A stretch of 64,000 nucleotides of DNA from Octopus sinensis (Eukaryota): contig NW_021832528.1 of NCBI RefSeq assembly GCF_006345805.1, positions 1 to 64,000 on the forward strand. Reading direction: 5' to 3'. A program made the position numbers and the translations under genes. The notes under the pieces were generated by a model. The model saw only the letters and a list, made by a program, of their open reading frames with translations. It was not told the DNA's origin and did no database searches. Every line of letters begins with the position of its first letter. Position 1 is the stretch's first letter. Shown here piece by piece: positions 12,730 to 25,126 of this stretch.

Positions 12730-12920
12730 GTTGTTCCATAATCCGGATAATCTTTTCAGCACATTCGTTTTCTGTTCATTTTTCCGAATCGTAATCTTTC
12801 CGTGTGGAGAGAAACAGGGATGCATGTCCAGAGTCACTCCTATGACCGTCTGCCTTCTGTTGAATGGTGTGTCCAGCTTCAAAGAGACTTTCTTTCAGAT
12901 CCCTTCTGGATGTCCCGATC
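12730..12920 (-). mobile_element. Non-LTR RT C-terminal relic
   Basis: Minus-strand IGVTLDMHPCFSPH...NVLKRLSGLW. Confidence 0.5.
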
Positions 12921-13352
12921 CCTTGAGCCTTTAATTCAGTATTTTATGTCTGATACGAATCATTAAGTCATCAAGGCGAGTCGTTAAGTAGACCTCCCTT
13001 GACCACTAGCAGCATGAGGTTGTCGTTATTGCTCTTGTTTCGAGAATTGTCTTCGGGAAGTCGTTCAGATCACAATTCTTTAGTATTGATTTCCTGGAAC
13101 CGTGGCCAGTTCCCCGAATGGTAGTTGTATTCCAGAGGGACTTTTCTGTTGCTGAATTCTCTTTTGACCTTCCCCACAATCGGATTGTTTGAATTGCAGA
13201 ATTATTCGAATAGGATTGGAGCGGGAGTGAGCCTGCTTGACGACGAAGGGAAAGGGGGAATGGAGGGGGATGTGAAAAGTGTGAATTGTGTTAAAATGGA
13301 AGGAGAAAGTGTAGTAGTGAAGAAATGAAAAAGGAATAAAGGAAAGCCACAA

Positions 13353-14300
13353 ATGTGGAACTCAGAACAGGTCGAGAAGATGCGAGTGGGAATGTGTGTG
13401 GGAGTGTGTGTGGTGGAGCAGAGCAAAGACCAGGAGGGGTCAAGACGAATGCAGGAGAAAGTGGAGTGCGTGGAGGAGAGGGAGGGGATATTGAGGGAGC
13501 TGTTGGGGAGTGCGTACAGTGTAATGACGGATGTGTTCGGGAACTACGTAATGCAAAAGATGTTTGAGTGTGGGAGTAAAGAGCAGCGGGAGAGACTGGG
13601 GGAGGAAATGAAGGGACGAGTGTTGTCGCTGTCTCTGGACATGTACGGGTGTCGGGTGGTGCAGAAGGCGATCGAGAGTGGGTGGAGGGGGACGATCGAG
13701 GAGGAGTTGAGGGGACACGTGATAAGGTGTGTGCGTGACCAGAACGGGAACCACGTAATCCAAAAGTGCATAGAGTGTCTGCCCGACGCACAGTTCATCA
13801 CACAGTCCTTGAAGGGGCAAGTGTACTCTCTGGCCACACACCCGTACGGATGTCGGGTAATCCAGCGGATACTCGAACACTCGCCCCTCATCCTCGACGA
13901 ACTCGCCCAACACGCCCTCACTCTCATCCACGACCAGTACGGCAACTACGTCATCCAACACCTCATCATCCAACACCCTTCCCACATTCACACACTCCTC
14001 CCCCTCATCCAGGGACGACTCCTCCACCTGTCCATACACAAGTTCGCCAGCAATGTCATCGAAAAGTGCATCATCCACGCCTCCCCACACATCCGCGCAC
14101 GACTCATCCACGAAATACTCACTCACGGATTCTCTTCACTCCTCAAAGACCAGTACGGCAACTACGTCGTCCAGATTATGCTACAACTCGCACACCCCAC
14201 ACACCGACACATCATGCTCGACACCATCAAGGCACAACAACACGTCCTCAAACACTATACTTATGCCAAACACGTCCTCGCTCGCCTCCGCATTAGTTAG
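13353..14300 (+). CDS. PUM: Pumilio-family (PUF) RNA-binding protein, PUM-HD only, intronless ORF
   Basis: Eight PUF repeats with recognition motifs SRRMQ, NYVMQ, CRVVQ, NHVIQ, CRVIQ, NYVIQ, SNVIE, NYVVQ; ends YAKHVLARL. Confidence 0.93.
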   Translation: MWNSEQVEKMRVGMCVGVCVVEQSKDQEGSRRMQEKVECVEEREGILRELLGSAYSVMTDVFGNYVMQKMFECGSKEQRERLGEEMKGRVLSLSLDMYGCRVVQKAIESGWRGTIEEELRGHVIRCVRDQNGNHVIQKCIECLPDAQFITQSLKGQVYSLATHPYGCRVIQRILEHSPLILDELAQHALTLIHDQYGNYVIQHLIIQHPSHIHTLLPLIQGRLLHLSIHKFASNVIEKCIIHASPHIRARLIHEILTHGFSSLLKDQYGNYVVQIMLQLAHPTHRHIMLDTIKAQQHVLKHYTYAKHVLARLRIS

Positions 14301-15227
14301 TACATTCTAATCCTCCTTTATCCACACTTTTTCGGCATTCTTGCTTATTACTTGTGCATACCATTAAATTCTTTCACTATTCGGCACTCCTTTTATTGCC
14401 TCGTCCTCCCTCTTTGTTTGTAAAGACTGCTTAAAATACAATAACTGCAGACAACACATGTCCATTAATGTGGCAGGAACAGGGCTTCATAGACAAGATT
14501 TTGCGCTATAAATTGATATTGGTGGAGACTTTGAACTCATTTGAGACAGAATATGCTCTTTCTAATTACAGGAAGGTGAGTTGACTTGTTGTATTCCCAA
14601 GTCATGTGATAATGGGAGAAGACCCGTGCTGCTTTCGGTGGCTCGAGGAAAGGTCTCTGAGAGGATCGACTTTGGTTTTTTGCTTGTTTTTTTATTTTGT
14701 AGAGAACTACTACGGACGGGCTGTAGTCATGTATGGAGTGCCCTACGTGTACACACAAAGTAGGATTTTAGCGGTGAGTTGTTGGGGGATTTTAAAGGCA
14801 GGCACAACTTGAGTTTCTTAGGAGAATTTTTGTATTTCTGAATCTGAGTTTTTGATGTTTGATGCAATGCGACATACAGCACAGTGTGTGAGGAGAGTAC
14901 TAAGAGGGATTATGGAATAATTATTTTTGACGATTTTGTTTTTTGGTATTTTTTAAAGTTTTAGAGATTTGCGCGGGGAGATAAAAAGTCAAAATTGCCG
15001 AATTGGATTCTTGAGAATTTGCCAGATTCGTTGAGTGATTTGTCGATAGACGAGGCGATTCAAAACGCTAAACATTTTTTAACATTATACTAGTCCTCAC
15101 TTTTCGGCATTCTTGCTTATAATACTCAGACAATTACTTAATGCAATAATTTGCATACCATTAGAAAATAACCGGTTCTTGCTTATTACTTGTGCATACC
15201 ATTAAATTCATTAGAAAATATTAATTA

Positions 15228-16635
15228 CTACTCCGGACGAATGAAGGAGGAGGGGACGTGTCCCTGTGCGTCGTCTGAACGGGCAACATATGACCAGCCA
15301 CTGGAATCTTCGTAGAGTATCTCCACCCGGTCGCCCTGACTGACGGAGAGAGTGCCGGGCTCGTCCACTGAGAATGAGAGTGGGGAGGACTGGAAAAGTC
15401 TTGTAGGATGGTGCCGAAGTGTGTTTGCACGTCTTGACTCCACTCGGAGTCGTGTGTGCAGTAGAAGGAGGAGCTGAGAGCGAGGAGTTGGTCGTGTGCC
15501 TAGAGTAGGGAGAGGGAGTACGGGTTGGTCGAGTTTGAGGAGTTGTTGCATGCCGGCGGAGAATTGTTGAGTGATTTGAGTGAGCCTGGTCTGGACAGTG
15601 CGGACGTCTCCCATGTGTGGGTTGTTGGAGTAGAGGTCGAGCATAGAGCGCATGCCAATGCTAGGGTGAGTGTGAGATGGTACATGGACTTGACGTGTGC
15701 GTGGAGGGTGTTGACGAGGGAGGTGATCTTGGACTGTGACTTTTTGGAGGGCTTAGGTTGGTCGAGTGGGCCCAAGTCTTGGAAGAGGAGTGGTTGGGGG
15801 AGGGGGGACTGTGGGTAGTGGGTGGAGAGGAGGGCAGTGAGTGTGGATTGGGAGAGGGAGGTGTGCTCGACTAAGGACAGTAGACTGGAGAAGGACTGTC
15901 GGAGAGAGTCTTGGAGTGAGGAGAAGAAGGTGAATTGAGCAGTCAGTCGTTGGTCCAAAAGGACTTGCAAGTCTTGTAGGATTTGGTGGATGGTTTGAGT
16001 GATGGTCACGTGACACAACTGGTTGTAAGTGGAGATGGCTGTCCGACACTCCGCCTTGGCCTTGTCACACGTCTGTGCCCTCTCCCTGTACACTGCCCTC
16101 GACTTTTCCATGTCGTTGACCGTGTTGGACTTGTCGGATTCCGTGTCCTTCATCACGGCGAATGCCTTCCTTCCCGCGTTGAATGCGTTGGAGTATCTTT
16201 CGACGGCCTACACTGCCATGCCACCACTACCGCCTTGGCCGCACTCTCCCCCCTGCTCATTTCCGTCGTCGCACTCTCGTATCTCTTCACTACTCGCTTG
16301 TGGCTCTCCTTCTCCCCCCCCGTCACCTTCCCCTCACACACACGCTCCAGCTCCTCCCCCAACTTACTCAACAACTCCAACACCCCCACAAAACTCTCGC
16401 ACAACACATTCACCCCCTCATGCTTCCCTCCCCCGTACTTTTCACTCATTTTCCTACATCTACACACACACTCACTTTAGTCGCCCTCCGAACGAACGAA
16501 ACTCGCCCGACAGTTCCTTGCTCAGCTTCCCCATCTGCGACACTGACCAACACGTCTTGTCGTCCCACCACGCCAGACGATTGAAACTCTCCTTCACGTC
16601 ACCATACACACTACCCACAACGAGTAGTCCCACAT
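15228..16635 (-). CDS. F-BAR/HR1/SH3 protein of the CIP4/FBP17/TOCA family
   Basis: N-terminal MWDYSLW, helical F-BAR region, HR1 motif MLDLYSNNPHMGD, C-terminal SH3 (LSVSQGDRVEILYEDSSGW...GHVPSSFI). Confidence 0.8.
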
Positions 16636-16899
16636 AATCCAATTATGCTAATCACTTTTATTCTACACAATGTGACAGCACTTGTGATATGACCACACTT
16701 TGTTATTTTGTTAATTGTTAACTCTGATTGCTCATTCTAAACTTGTTCTTTGAGGTAGTTGCTGCCACTATGCAACGTCGCCGAAAGACTGTGGATCATC
16801 AAGATGTGGGAGAATGTTGATTACCCTCGTCGTCCCAATGAGGCGGCAAGCTGCATTCACATCTGCCCACTATATAACAGTCTAGGAAGTTAAAGACCC

Positions 16900-17950
16900 A
16901 CTCCGTTCAGTCGACTGTCTCTAATGAGGTGGTCGAATGGACATCAAAGTTCATAAAGTTAAATTAAGCCATATTCAGCCGATTCCGGCCATTGGCGATT
17001 CTGTAAGACAAGTCCCTTTACGAAACTCTATCCCCCACCAGCACTGCTATTTCCGTAAGTTCACTACTTCAGATGTCCAGTTTAAGTTTCGGTCTACCCC
17101 TCTTCCTTTTTCCAGCGAACGAAGACAGCAGGATTTCTTTTCCTATAACATTCTCCCGAAGCACGTGCCCCAAATATGATAATTGTTGGCTTCCAAACTC
17201 GCCACAAGCGACAGTGTAGGTTTAATCTTTTCGAGAAAAACGACATTTGACACTTTGTCGTACCAATTTATGTTCAAAAGTTTATTCAGCACCATAATTC
17301 CTGTGAGTCCCTCTTTTGCTGTAAGCTTTGGACAGTGTCCAAGATTCACAACCATAGAGAAAAACGGGAAACACATCGCGTTGACTAGTCTTATCTTTGT
17401 CCTGAGAGAACATCCTTGCTACTCCAGATCCGATTCAGTTTATCATCGTACTCTTGCCATAGCCATCCGTTATTAATTTCTGAGACACCACCACCATCAT
17501 CTTGTTATTAGACTTCCAAGAAACATAAACTTCAACACATTCTATTTCTTCGTCGTCGACGATGACACTAATTTTTCCAGACAGTGAAGTTGTCATTATT
17601 TTGGTTTTTTTCACATTTAGGAATAGGCCAAAAAAGGCATGTTGTCTTTGACGCTCGGTATTAATTGCCTCAAAGCCATCTTCTGTTTCAGACAGCAAAG
17701 TAGTATGTCTGCATAAAGGAGATTATTTATGTTGAGGCTACCAATCTTGATTCCGATATCATTTTCGCAATTAACTCCTCCATGACTTTCTCTGTGTAAA
17801 TATTAAACAGTAGCGGGGATAGAATACAGCCTTGTCGGACGCCCCTCCCAATACCGAAACAGTCTGTGTCTCCATAAACCAAACATTGCAATAAACCAAA
17901 GTTAATAAACCAAACATTTTTGTCTGACAACCTACTTCCCGACAATCCCT
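16900..17950 (-). mobile_element. RTE-like non-LTR retrotransposon relic
   Basis: GVRQGCILSPLLFNIYTE and GLFLNVKKTKIM motifs; frameshifted. Confidence 0.75.
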
Positions 17951-18197
17951 CAATGTAAATAGAGAAATTGCATACGATCTCTTGGAGAGCGAATATAAGT
18001 TAATTCTCACATGTGATGAGTACAAGCACTACCAAACCTCCCTAAAGAATGCGTCCGACAACTCAGCGACATGACAAGGGTGAGGAAATGAATGAGCCAC
18101 ATATAGCAAGAGGAGGCGGAAGAAGAGAAGGAAGTAATATTATTTAATTGAAATTAATCAAGTAATGGAATAAAATTGTAATAGAATAGAGCACGCA

Positions 18198-18924
18198 ATG
18201 TCTGGTGACGTGGTGGCGACATTCAAGTTGGTGATACTGGGTGACGGGGGGACGGGGAAGACGACATTTGTGGGGCGGCACAAGTCAGGGGAGTTCGAGA
18301 AGAGGTACATCGGTAAGGAGTGTGTGTGATGGCAGCGACGGTGGGGGTGGAAATAACGACTCTGGTGTTTCACACGAACAGAGGGGCAATACAGTTCAAC
18401 GTGTGGGACACGGCGGGGCAGGAGAAGTTCGGAGGACTGCGGGAAGGCTACTATTTGCAAAGTGGAGTGGTCAGTGTATTGCAGGCAACGCGGCAGTGAT
18501 AATGTTCGACCTGACCTCCCGCATAAGCTACAAGAACGTGGAAAATTGGCACCGTGATTTGACGAGGGTTTGTCCGGGCATTCCCGTCGTGTTGTGCGGG
18601 AATAAGGCCGACGTGAAGGACCGGAAAGTGAAGCCGCGGATGATGAACTTTCACCGCAAAAACAACGCGGCAGTAAGTGTTGTCCCTCACTCAGTGCTTC
18701 ATCATCTCCGCCAAGAGCAACTACCAAATCGAGAAGCCCTTCCTCCTCATCATGCAACAGTTGAGTGGCGACAAACATCTCCAACTCGTCAAAGCCCCTC
18801 CTCTCCTCCCCCCACTCCTCTCCCTCGATGTCGACGCCGTACAACGCTATGAACTGGAAATGCAGGTTCTCCTTCCTCACCACCCAAGAACGCACAACAC
18901 ACTGACCTCCCGGACGACGACTAA
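18198..18924 (+). CDS. RAN: GTP-binding nuclear protein Ran
   Basis: [54 protein letters not shown], acidic tail DLPDDD; four introns of 22-23 nt. Confidence 0.95.
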
Positions 18925-19200
18925 TTCACTCTTTTTTCCTGTTCTTTTGTTACTCTCCTCTATGTAGCATATCCTGCGACTGCACTCTTTAGACTGAATG
19001 TGCACTATCTTATATCCAAGGTGATAAGAGTGCGGGACGTGCAGTGGGGCCAATTGGAGAGTATAGTATTCTCCCCTACCGCCCGTGAATAGCGTATAGA
19101 GCAGTGGGACACTCTCAATGGACAATAGCGTGAATTGCGCGATGAGCATTGATTAATAAATATGCGCATTCTCATTATTTCGTGGTCTATTTAAAAGTGA

Positions 19201-22200
19201 ATGTTGGGAGACCTGTTGAAAGGGGAGGAGTTTTACGTGTGGGATGAAGGAGAAAAGTGTGGGAGGACGGTGAGTACAGTGCGACTGCACTCTTCGCGAA
19301 TGTTTTTGACAGTAAAGACGAATTTGGTAGACGTGGTGAGTGATTGTGAGGAGGTAAAAGTGATCGACTGTTGTCGGGTGCGTGACGTGAGGAGGAAAGA
19401 GTGGGGACTGCAAATGTGGCTGGGATGCGACGTGGTGAATTTGAGTGGGGTGAACATGGCTTGCAATTCGGAGGAGAGGATAAAAGTAGAGGGATGTGTA
19501 ACGTGGAGAAATGGTGGGGGTGTTTGTGTGGAGTGGTGTTCGACCCGGTGTTGAACAATTTGTGTCCACAGGACATAATAGTGAAGCAGTGGGTGTGGTT
19601 GTGTGAGGAGTAGGTTTATGATGCTCGAGTCGATAAGGACGGCGGAGGGAGTGGTGGACGTGCGCAAGTAAAGTAGTGTTAGGGAGAGTAGAATTATTCG
19701 GTTTTTCCACGGGAAAATGAGCGAAAAGAGCATTCGCCAAGTACTGAGCCAAGAGGAGGTGTTGAAGGTGGTGAGTGAGTGGTGAATGCAGGGGAACGAA
19801 CTGTGTGGGGAATTCGACGGTGAGCTGTGGAGGGAACTGATGGACAAGTTTGTGGACAGGCCGGACATTGAGGAAATATTCAGGAAATAGTTGGAATGAT
19901 TGGCAGATGTGCAGTTCGAATGGGAGGGAGTGGATTGATTTGGAGTCGCTGGTGGAGTTCATAAACGAGGTTGATGTGAGTGTTAAAGTGGCAGACACAG
20001 CGGGACAGTCGACTGAATACAATCCTGTTTCCCCTCAAAACACGGGAGGAGTGTCTGGAAGTGATCGAGCGATTCGAGAGTGACCCCGAGAACAGAAGAA
20101 AGGGTGAGTGAGTGTGGAGGAGTGTAGAACGGCTGGGTGTGCGTGGGTTCGGGGAGTACCTGTCGTCGAACACGGCGATATCGGCAGGGAACCAGGTGGG
20201 GAAATGTGAGATGAGTGAGCCACTGTGCCACTACTTCATAAACTCGTCGCACAACACATATTTGGTGGGGAGACAGTTCGGGGGCAAGTCCTCTGCGGAG
20301 ATATACCGAAGCATTCTGATTGCGGGGTGTCGATGCGTGGAGTTGGACTGTTGGGACGGGGACGACGAGCCGATAATCACTCACGGACTGGCTGCCTGCA
20401 CAGAAGTGTTGTTTAGAGTAGTGTGTGGGTGGACATGTTAGGACGTGGTGAAGGAGATAAGTGAGTCTGCCTTCATCACATCGGACATGCCCGTCATTCT
20501 CTCCTTCGAGAACCACTGCAGGTGGTCTATTGGGATATTCCAGTTACAAACAACAAAAGAAGATGGTCGACTACTGCATTTCCATATTTGGTGATCTGTT
20601 GCTCAAGGACTCCCTCGAGGACTACCCGTTGGAGGAGGGAGTGCCTTTGCCCTCTCCCGCCTCACTCCGACGCAAAATAATAATCAAAAACAAAAAGACA
20701 CAAAAGATAGTGGAGGACATGGACACAGAAGGTTGTCTTGTGTAGTCCACGAATAGTCAAGTATATTAGTGAAGCACAGGACGTGGCAGAAGTGATCAAG
20801 GCCTACAAACGACAACATGCCACCACCACTGTCCACCCCGAACTGTCCTCCCTCATCAATTACGTCCACTCCGTCAAGTTCGCGGGGTTCCAGGCCGCGG
20901 CGGGTGAGTACCATTCACACACTCATTAGAAAGAAACTACCATTTCCACATTTCCTCATTTGCGGAGAACGCGGGCTACGGACTGATCAAGAACAGTGCC
21001 CAGGACTTTGTACGACACAACAAGAAACAACTCACCAGAATATACCCAAAGGGGGCCCGCTTCGACTCATCCAACTACCTCCCCCAGGCAAGTCCGCCTC
21101 ACTATTTCAGTTGTTTTGGAACGCGGGCTGCCAACTGGTCGCACTCAACTGGCAGACCGCAGGCCCCTGGATGCAGTTGAATCAGGGCAGGTTCGAGTAC
21201 CACGGAAACACGGGCTACATCCTCAAACCCTTGTGCATGCGCTCGCCTGACCAAACCTTGAATCCCTTCACCGAGGCCACCATTGACGGCATCATCGCCG
21301 CCCAGTGCTCCGTCACCGTTCACTGTCCCCAATACCCTTCCCAGGTCATTTCCGGCCAGTTCCTCCACGACAGGAAAATAAGCACTTTTGTGGAGGTGGA
21401 AATGTACGGCCTCCCCACCGACACGATCCGGAAGGAGTTCAGGACCAAGGTCGTCCACTCGAATGGAATGAACCCATTCTACCGAGAGGACCCTTTCGTC
21501 TTTCGCAAAGTCAGTCCTCCTTTCACCCCAGGTCGTGTTGCCCGAGTTGGCCATCCTCAAAATCGCCGTCTACGACTGGAACACCAGCAAACTGATCGGG
21601 CAGAGGCACCTCCCCTTCGAACTGATCGAAAACGGTTAGACGGAGGAATGACCCGTAGGCTACAGGTATGTGGTGCTGAGGAGTGAGGCCAACACTCCTC
21701 TCAACCTGCCGACCCTGCTCTGCCACTTTGAACTGGGCACGTACATCCCCCACGCACACGGCGGTTGGTCTGCTCACTCACACCAGACATCGCCGACGTC
21801 CTCTCCGACCCCACTCGCTTCCTCTCCGACGCCGAAAAGGCCAGGAAGATGCTCAACTACATGGGAGTCGAGGACAACGACATCGAGGAGGACTACTATC
21901 AAGACCTCCACTTGCCCACCATCGACCAACTCAAACACGACACCGAATACATCTCTCTCCACAAACGCTCCCTCGCTGAGTTGGCCGCCATGAAGCAGTC
22001 CTTCATCAAACGCAGAATGTCCATCAGCAAGGACCAATGTCACACCTTTGTCAAAAAGATCTCCAAAGTCAAACACACTTCCCAAGAGGTCCCTCCTCTC
22101 ACCCATTTCTAGCAAATCGCCAAGATTAACGACTTACAAAACTACAAGTGGAGAGCCCTGGTGGCCCAGCAGGAGAACCAGTTCCTCCACAAAAAACAGG

Positions 22201-22660
22201 AGATGTGCACTGCACTCTTCAACAAACTCTCCAAACTCGCCCGCAAGTCACACCAACTATTCCGCAAACAACTCGACTGCAAACTCAAATGGTTTCACTC
22301 ATTTCTCATCCAGTATGCTCGACCAAGTCACTGAGAGACACGCCAAGTCCGTCCTCCACATGGACAACCTCAAACACCTCCCAAGCCTGAAAAAATACGG
22401 TTCCTCCTCTTCCTTATCTCAGACGACGTAAGGAAATGCAGGACGAACGACTCAAACGATTCATCCAAGACCGCCGACATGTCGAAAAGGAACGAGACCA
22501 CCTCGAAAAGTACTGGAATGCCGCCATGGCCTCACAGATCGACCAAATACAGAATGACTATGATCACGTACTCCACTCCTCACACACTCAGGAATGCCTC
22601 ACTCTCCGCCTCAAGAAGAATACACTCGACCTGGAAGACTGCGACCACGCATACGTCTGA
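19201..22660 (+). CDS. PLCB: Phospholipase C beta (PH-EF-X/Y-C2-coiled-coil), many micro-introns
   Basis: [45 protein letters not shown]...[24 protein letters not shown]2 [20 protein letters not shown]; one apparent homopolymer frameshift near 22390. Confidence 0.92.
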
Positions 22661-22759
22661 CTTTTTGTATTTCCATAACACTCAGTCCTCTTTACTTTGT
22701 CCATTAGTTAGTCATAGTAAACTCCCCAATAAAATTCTTGCCTGGCAACGAGGGAATGG

Positions 22760-23819
22760 AGTGTAGTGGGGTGCCCTACAACCAGGGGAGAAGACAACTG
22801 CTGATTCACTCCACATTGCAGACTGACGAGCGAATACACTTGAAATGTACACACTCCGTTATTCTGCAGATTTGAAAAGCGAACAACAAATATTGCAGCA
22901 TCTCCCGGAATTGGCGGAGGACCTCTCGTGCATTGGCCGTGAGCTTCTCAAATTGGCCGGCCCAGGACGGTGACACATCCAGTCCTCAAATCAGCAGCAA
23001 GTCAGCGCGGACTGTGCATTGCGTGAGGACATTGGAGGGACATCATTTGGAGTATCCCCAAGCAGTGGCCGTGTCTGCCACAACAGGGCACATCGCAGTC
23101 CTCGACCGATTCACTGGACGCATGTCGGTCTTGAACGGCTGTGGCATATTTCTTTATTCTGTGGGAGTCATGGAGGAGAAGGAAGGGGTGGGTGCTGTCT
23201 CCCTCACATTTCTCCACGACCAGTCTCTCCTCCTCAGCAAGAGCTGTGAGAGTGGGAACATGACTGTAATCAGCTTGATTAGTCGCAGATATACCGGGAC
23301 GGGGTAATGACTGACCAGTGGGACTACCAGCCACCTCCCCTCTGCGTTTGTGCGAGTGGAGTCAACGTGTGTGTCCTCGACCAGTCCCCCACCATTCGAA
23401 TATGCCCAGGAACTCCGCGGAATCCCCCAATTCTGTCAGTATCCATCCAGGCAGACTTGACTGAGGGACTGTTCAATCAGTTCAGTGTGTGTCTCCACTC
23501 GGACGTCGTCTATATTTGCAGCAAAACGGAGAACAAGATTAGGACAGTCGGACTGGCGGATGGTCTGGTTGGGTTCATCCGCCTCCCTGACGGGGACCTG
23601 CCCCTTCGTCCGTCGGCCATTTGTGTTGATAAGGACGGGAATGTGTTATTGGCCGACTCGTTTAATGACAGAATTTGGTGTTGTGGAGAGAATGGTTCGT
23701 TGATATTGGACAAGCGGGACGGAATTAGGGGAGTGACTGCACTGGCAATGTCCCCCCAACACCATTTAATACTCCTGGAGACGAATACCCACTCATCCCT
23801 GACAATACTCTCACTCTAG
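22760..23819 (+). CDS. NHL-repeat beta-propeller protein
   Basis: YPQAVAVSATTGHIAVLD and RPSAICVDKDGNVLLADSFNDRI; 5' end uncertain. Confidence 0.6.
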
Positions 23820-25126
23820 ACTAATACCAGTCCATTTACTTGATACAAACTAAGGAGGAATAAAGCGATTGGATGCGCCTAGAGAACTGCCTTGGTAGCG
23901 TGACAAGTCATTACGGATGTCCCAAAATAGTTCCCCATAGTGACAATCCAGTCGACACACCCTGTCCTCAAGTCTGCACTGCCCACGTCAGTCCAATCTC
24001 GCTAATGTTTTCAGAAACCGCCTAACGATCTGGTTCATGGTTTCGGACATGATGAGTTTCGCATTTTATATGTGCCATTCACTGGATATCTTGGTATCAA
24101 TATCGGCATTTGTAAAACAGAGCGGATTGTTTAATTCTAATTTGATTCATTCAATATTAAGTGTTGGTTTTCTTCAATGGTTTAATAACAAGCTTGTCGA
24201 ATTTACTTTGTTCATGGGTAATTCCTTTTCCAACATTATTAGGATCGAATCAATCATATAACATTTCTTCCTCGATCATCAAATGGTTCGAATTATCGAT
24301 AGCCATAAATGACTCCAAGTTGATGGCAAGCTACTGAGGGTTCATTACAAGGTACGGTTATCCGGCAATGACATCCACTATTTTTGTGAACATATCCTTT
24401 TTGACCAAATACTTTGAGATCATGGATTGATAATATCTGTTCCTTCCAAAATGCACTGTAAATGTTTGAGAATACATTCAACAATTAGAATTATTACTAA
24501 ACTATAAAATAGATATAAATAAACTTTAGCATTAACCATGTATTTTGCCCCCAAATATTCTAAGCTCATATATCAAAATGAATTAGAGATTGGTTGGGAT
24601 TCGTCAATTCTAAGCCACATTACAGACCTTGCAATATCAATTTCGAATCAAAAGTCGCGAATGTTTATAAAAGACAATACGTTTTGCATTTTGGCAAATG
24701 ACTAACAAATACAGATATGAAAAATTTGAAAAGTCAAAAATGCCAAACGATCAAAAACAGCAATTCCGGCATTTTGGGAGAGCTCTGTAGTTAAAAATAA
24801 TTGAATTAAGCAATTATACTGTATATAATGATTACATACCATGAAAAGTATCATTCATCATATACATTAAGGAACCAGAACAGCCTTTAGATTTTTTTGG
24901 ATTTGATGAATTTTGTCAGTTGGTGAATTCTGTTTTGACATTTGTACTAATTTCTCTTTTCTTTGTACTCGAGTATCGTCAGTAATAAGTTTATTTGCAA
25001 TTAATTTATGCATGACTGTGGAGAAGGATGTCTACAGTGTCCGCCCTCAAACTTTCTTAGACACCTAGGACAATAACGTTCTCGAAAAGTAGAAACGGAA
25101 TGAACAATTAAAGACACAAACACAAA

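Noticed and set aside
13291-14310. Long antisense and alternate-frame ORFs over Pumilio (also over KDELR, PLCB, TOCA and TDP-43)
   Set aside because: Low-complexity shadow ORFs expected from skewed, stop-poor composition
22385-22425. Non-canonical splice site or pseudogenisation in PLCB
   Set aside because: One extra A in the A6 run restores the frame with a normal intron; a homopolymer error is more likely
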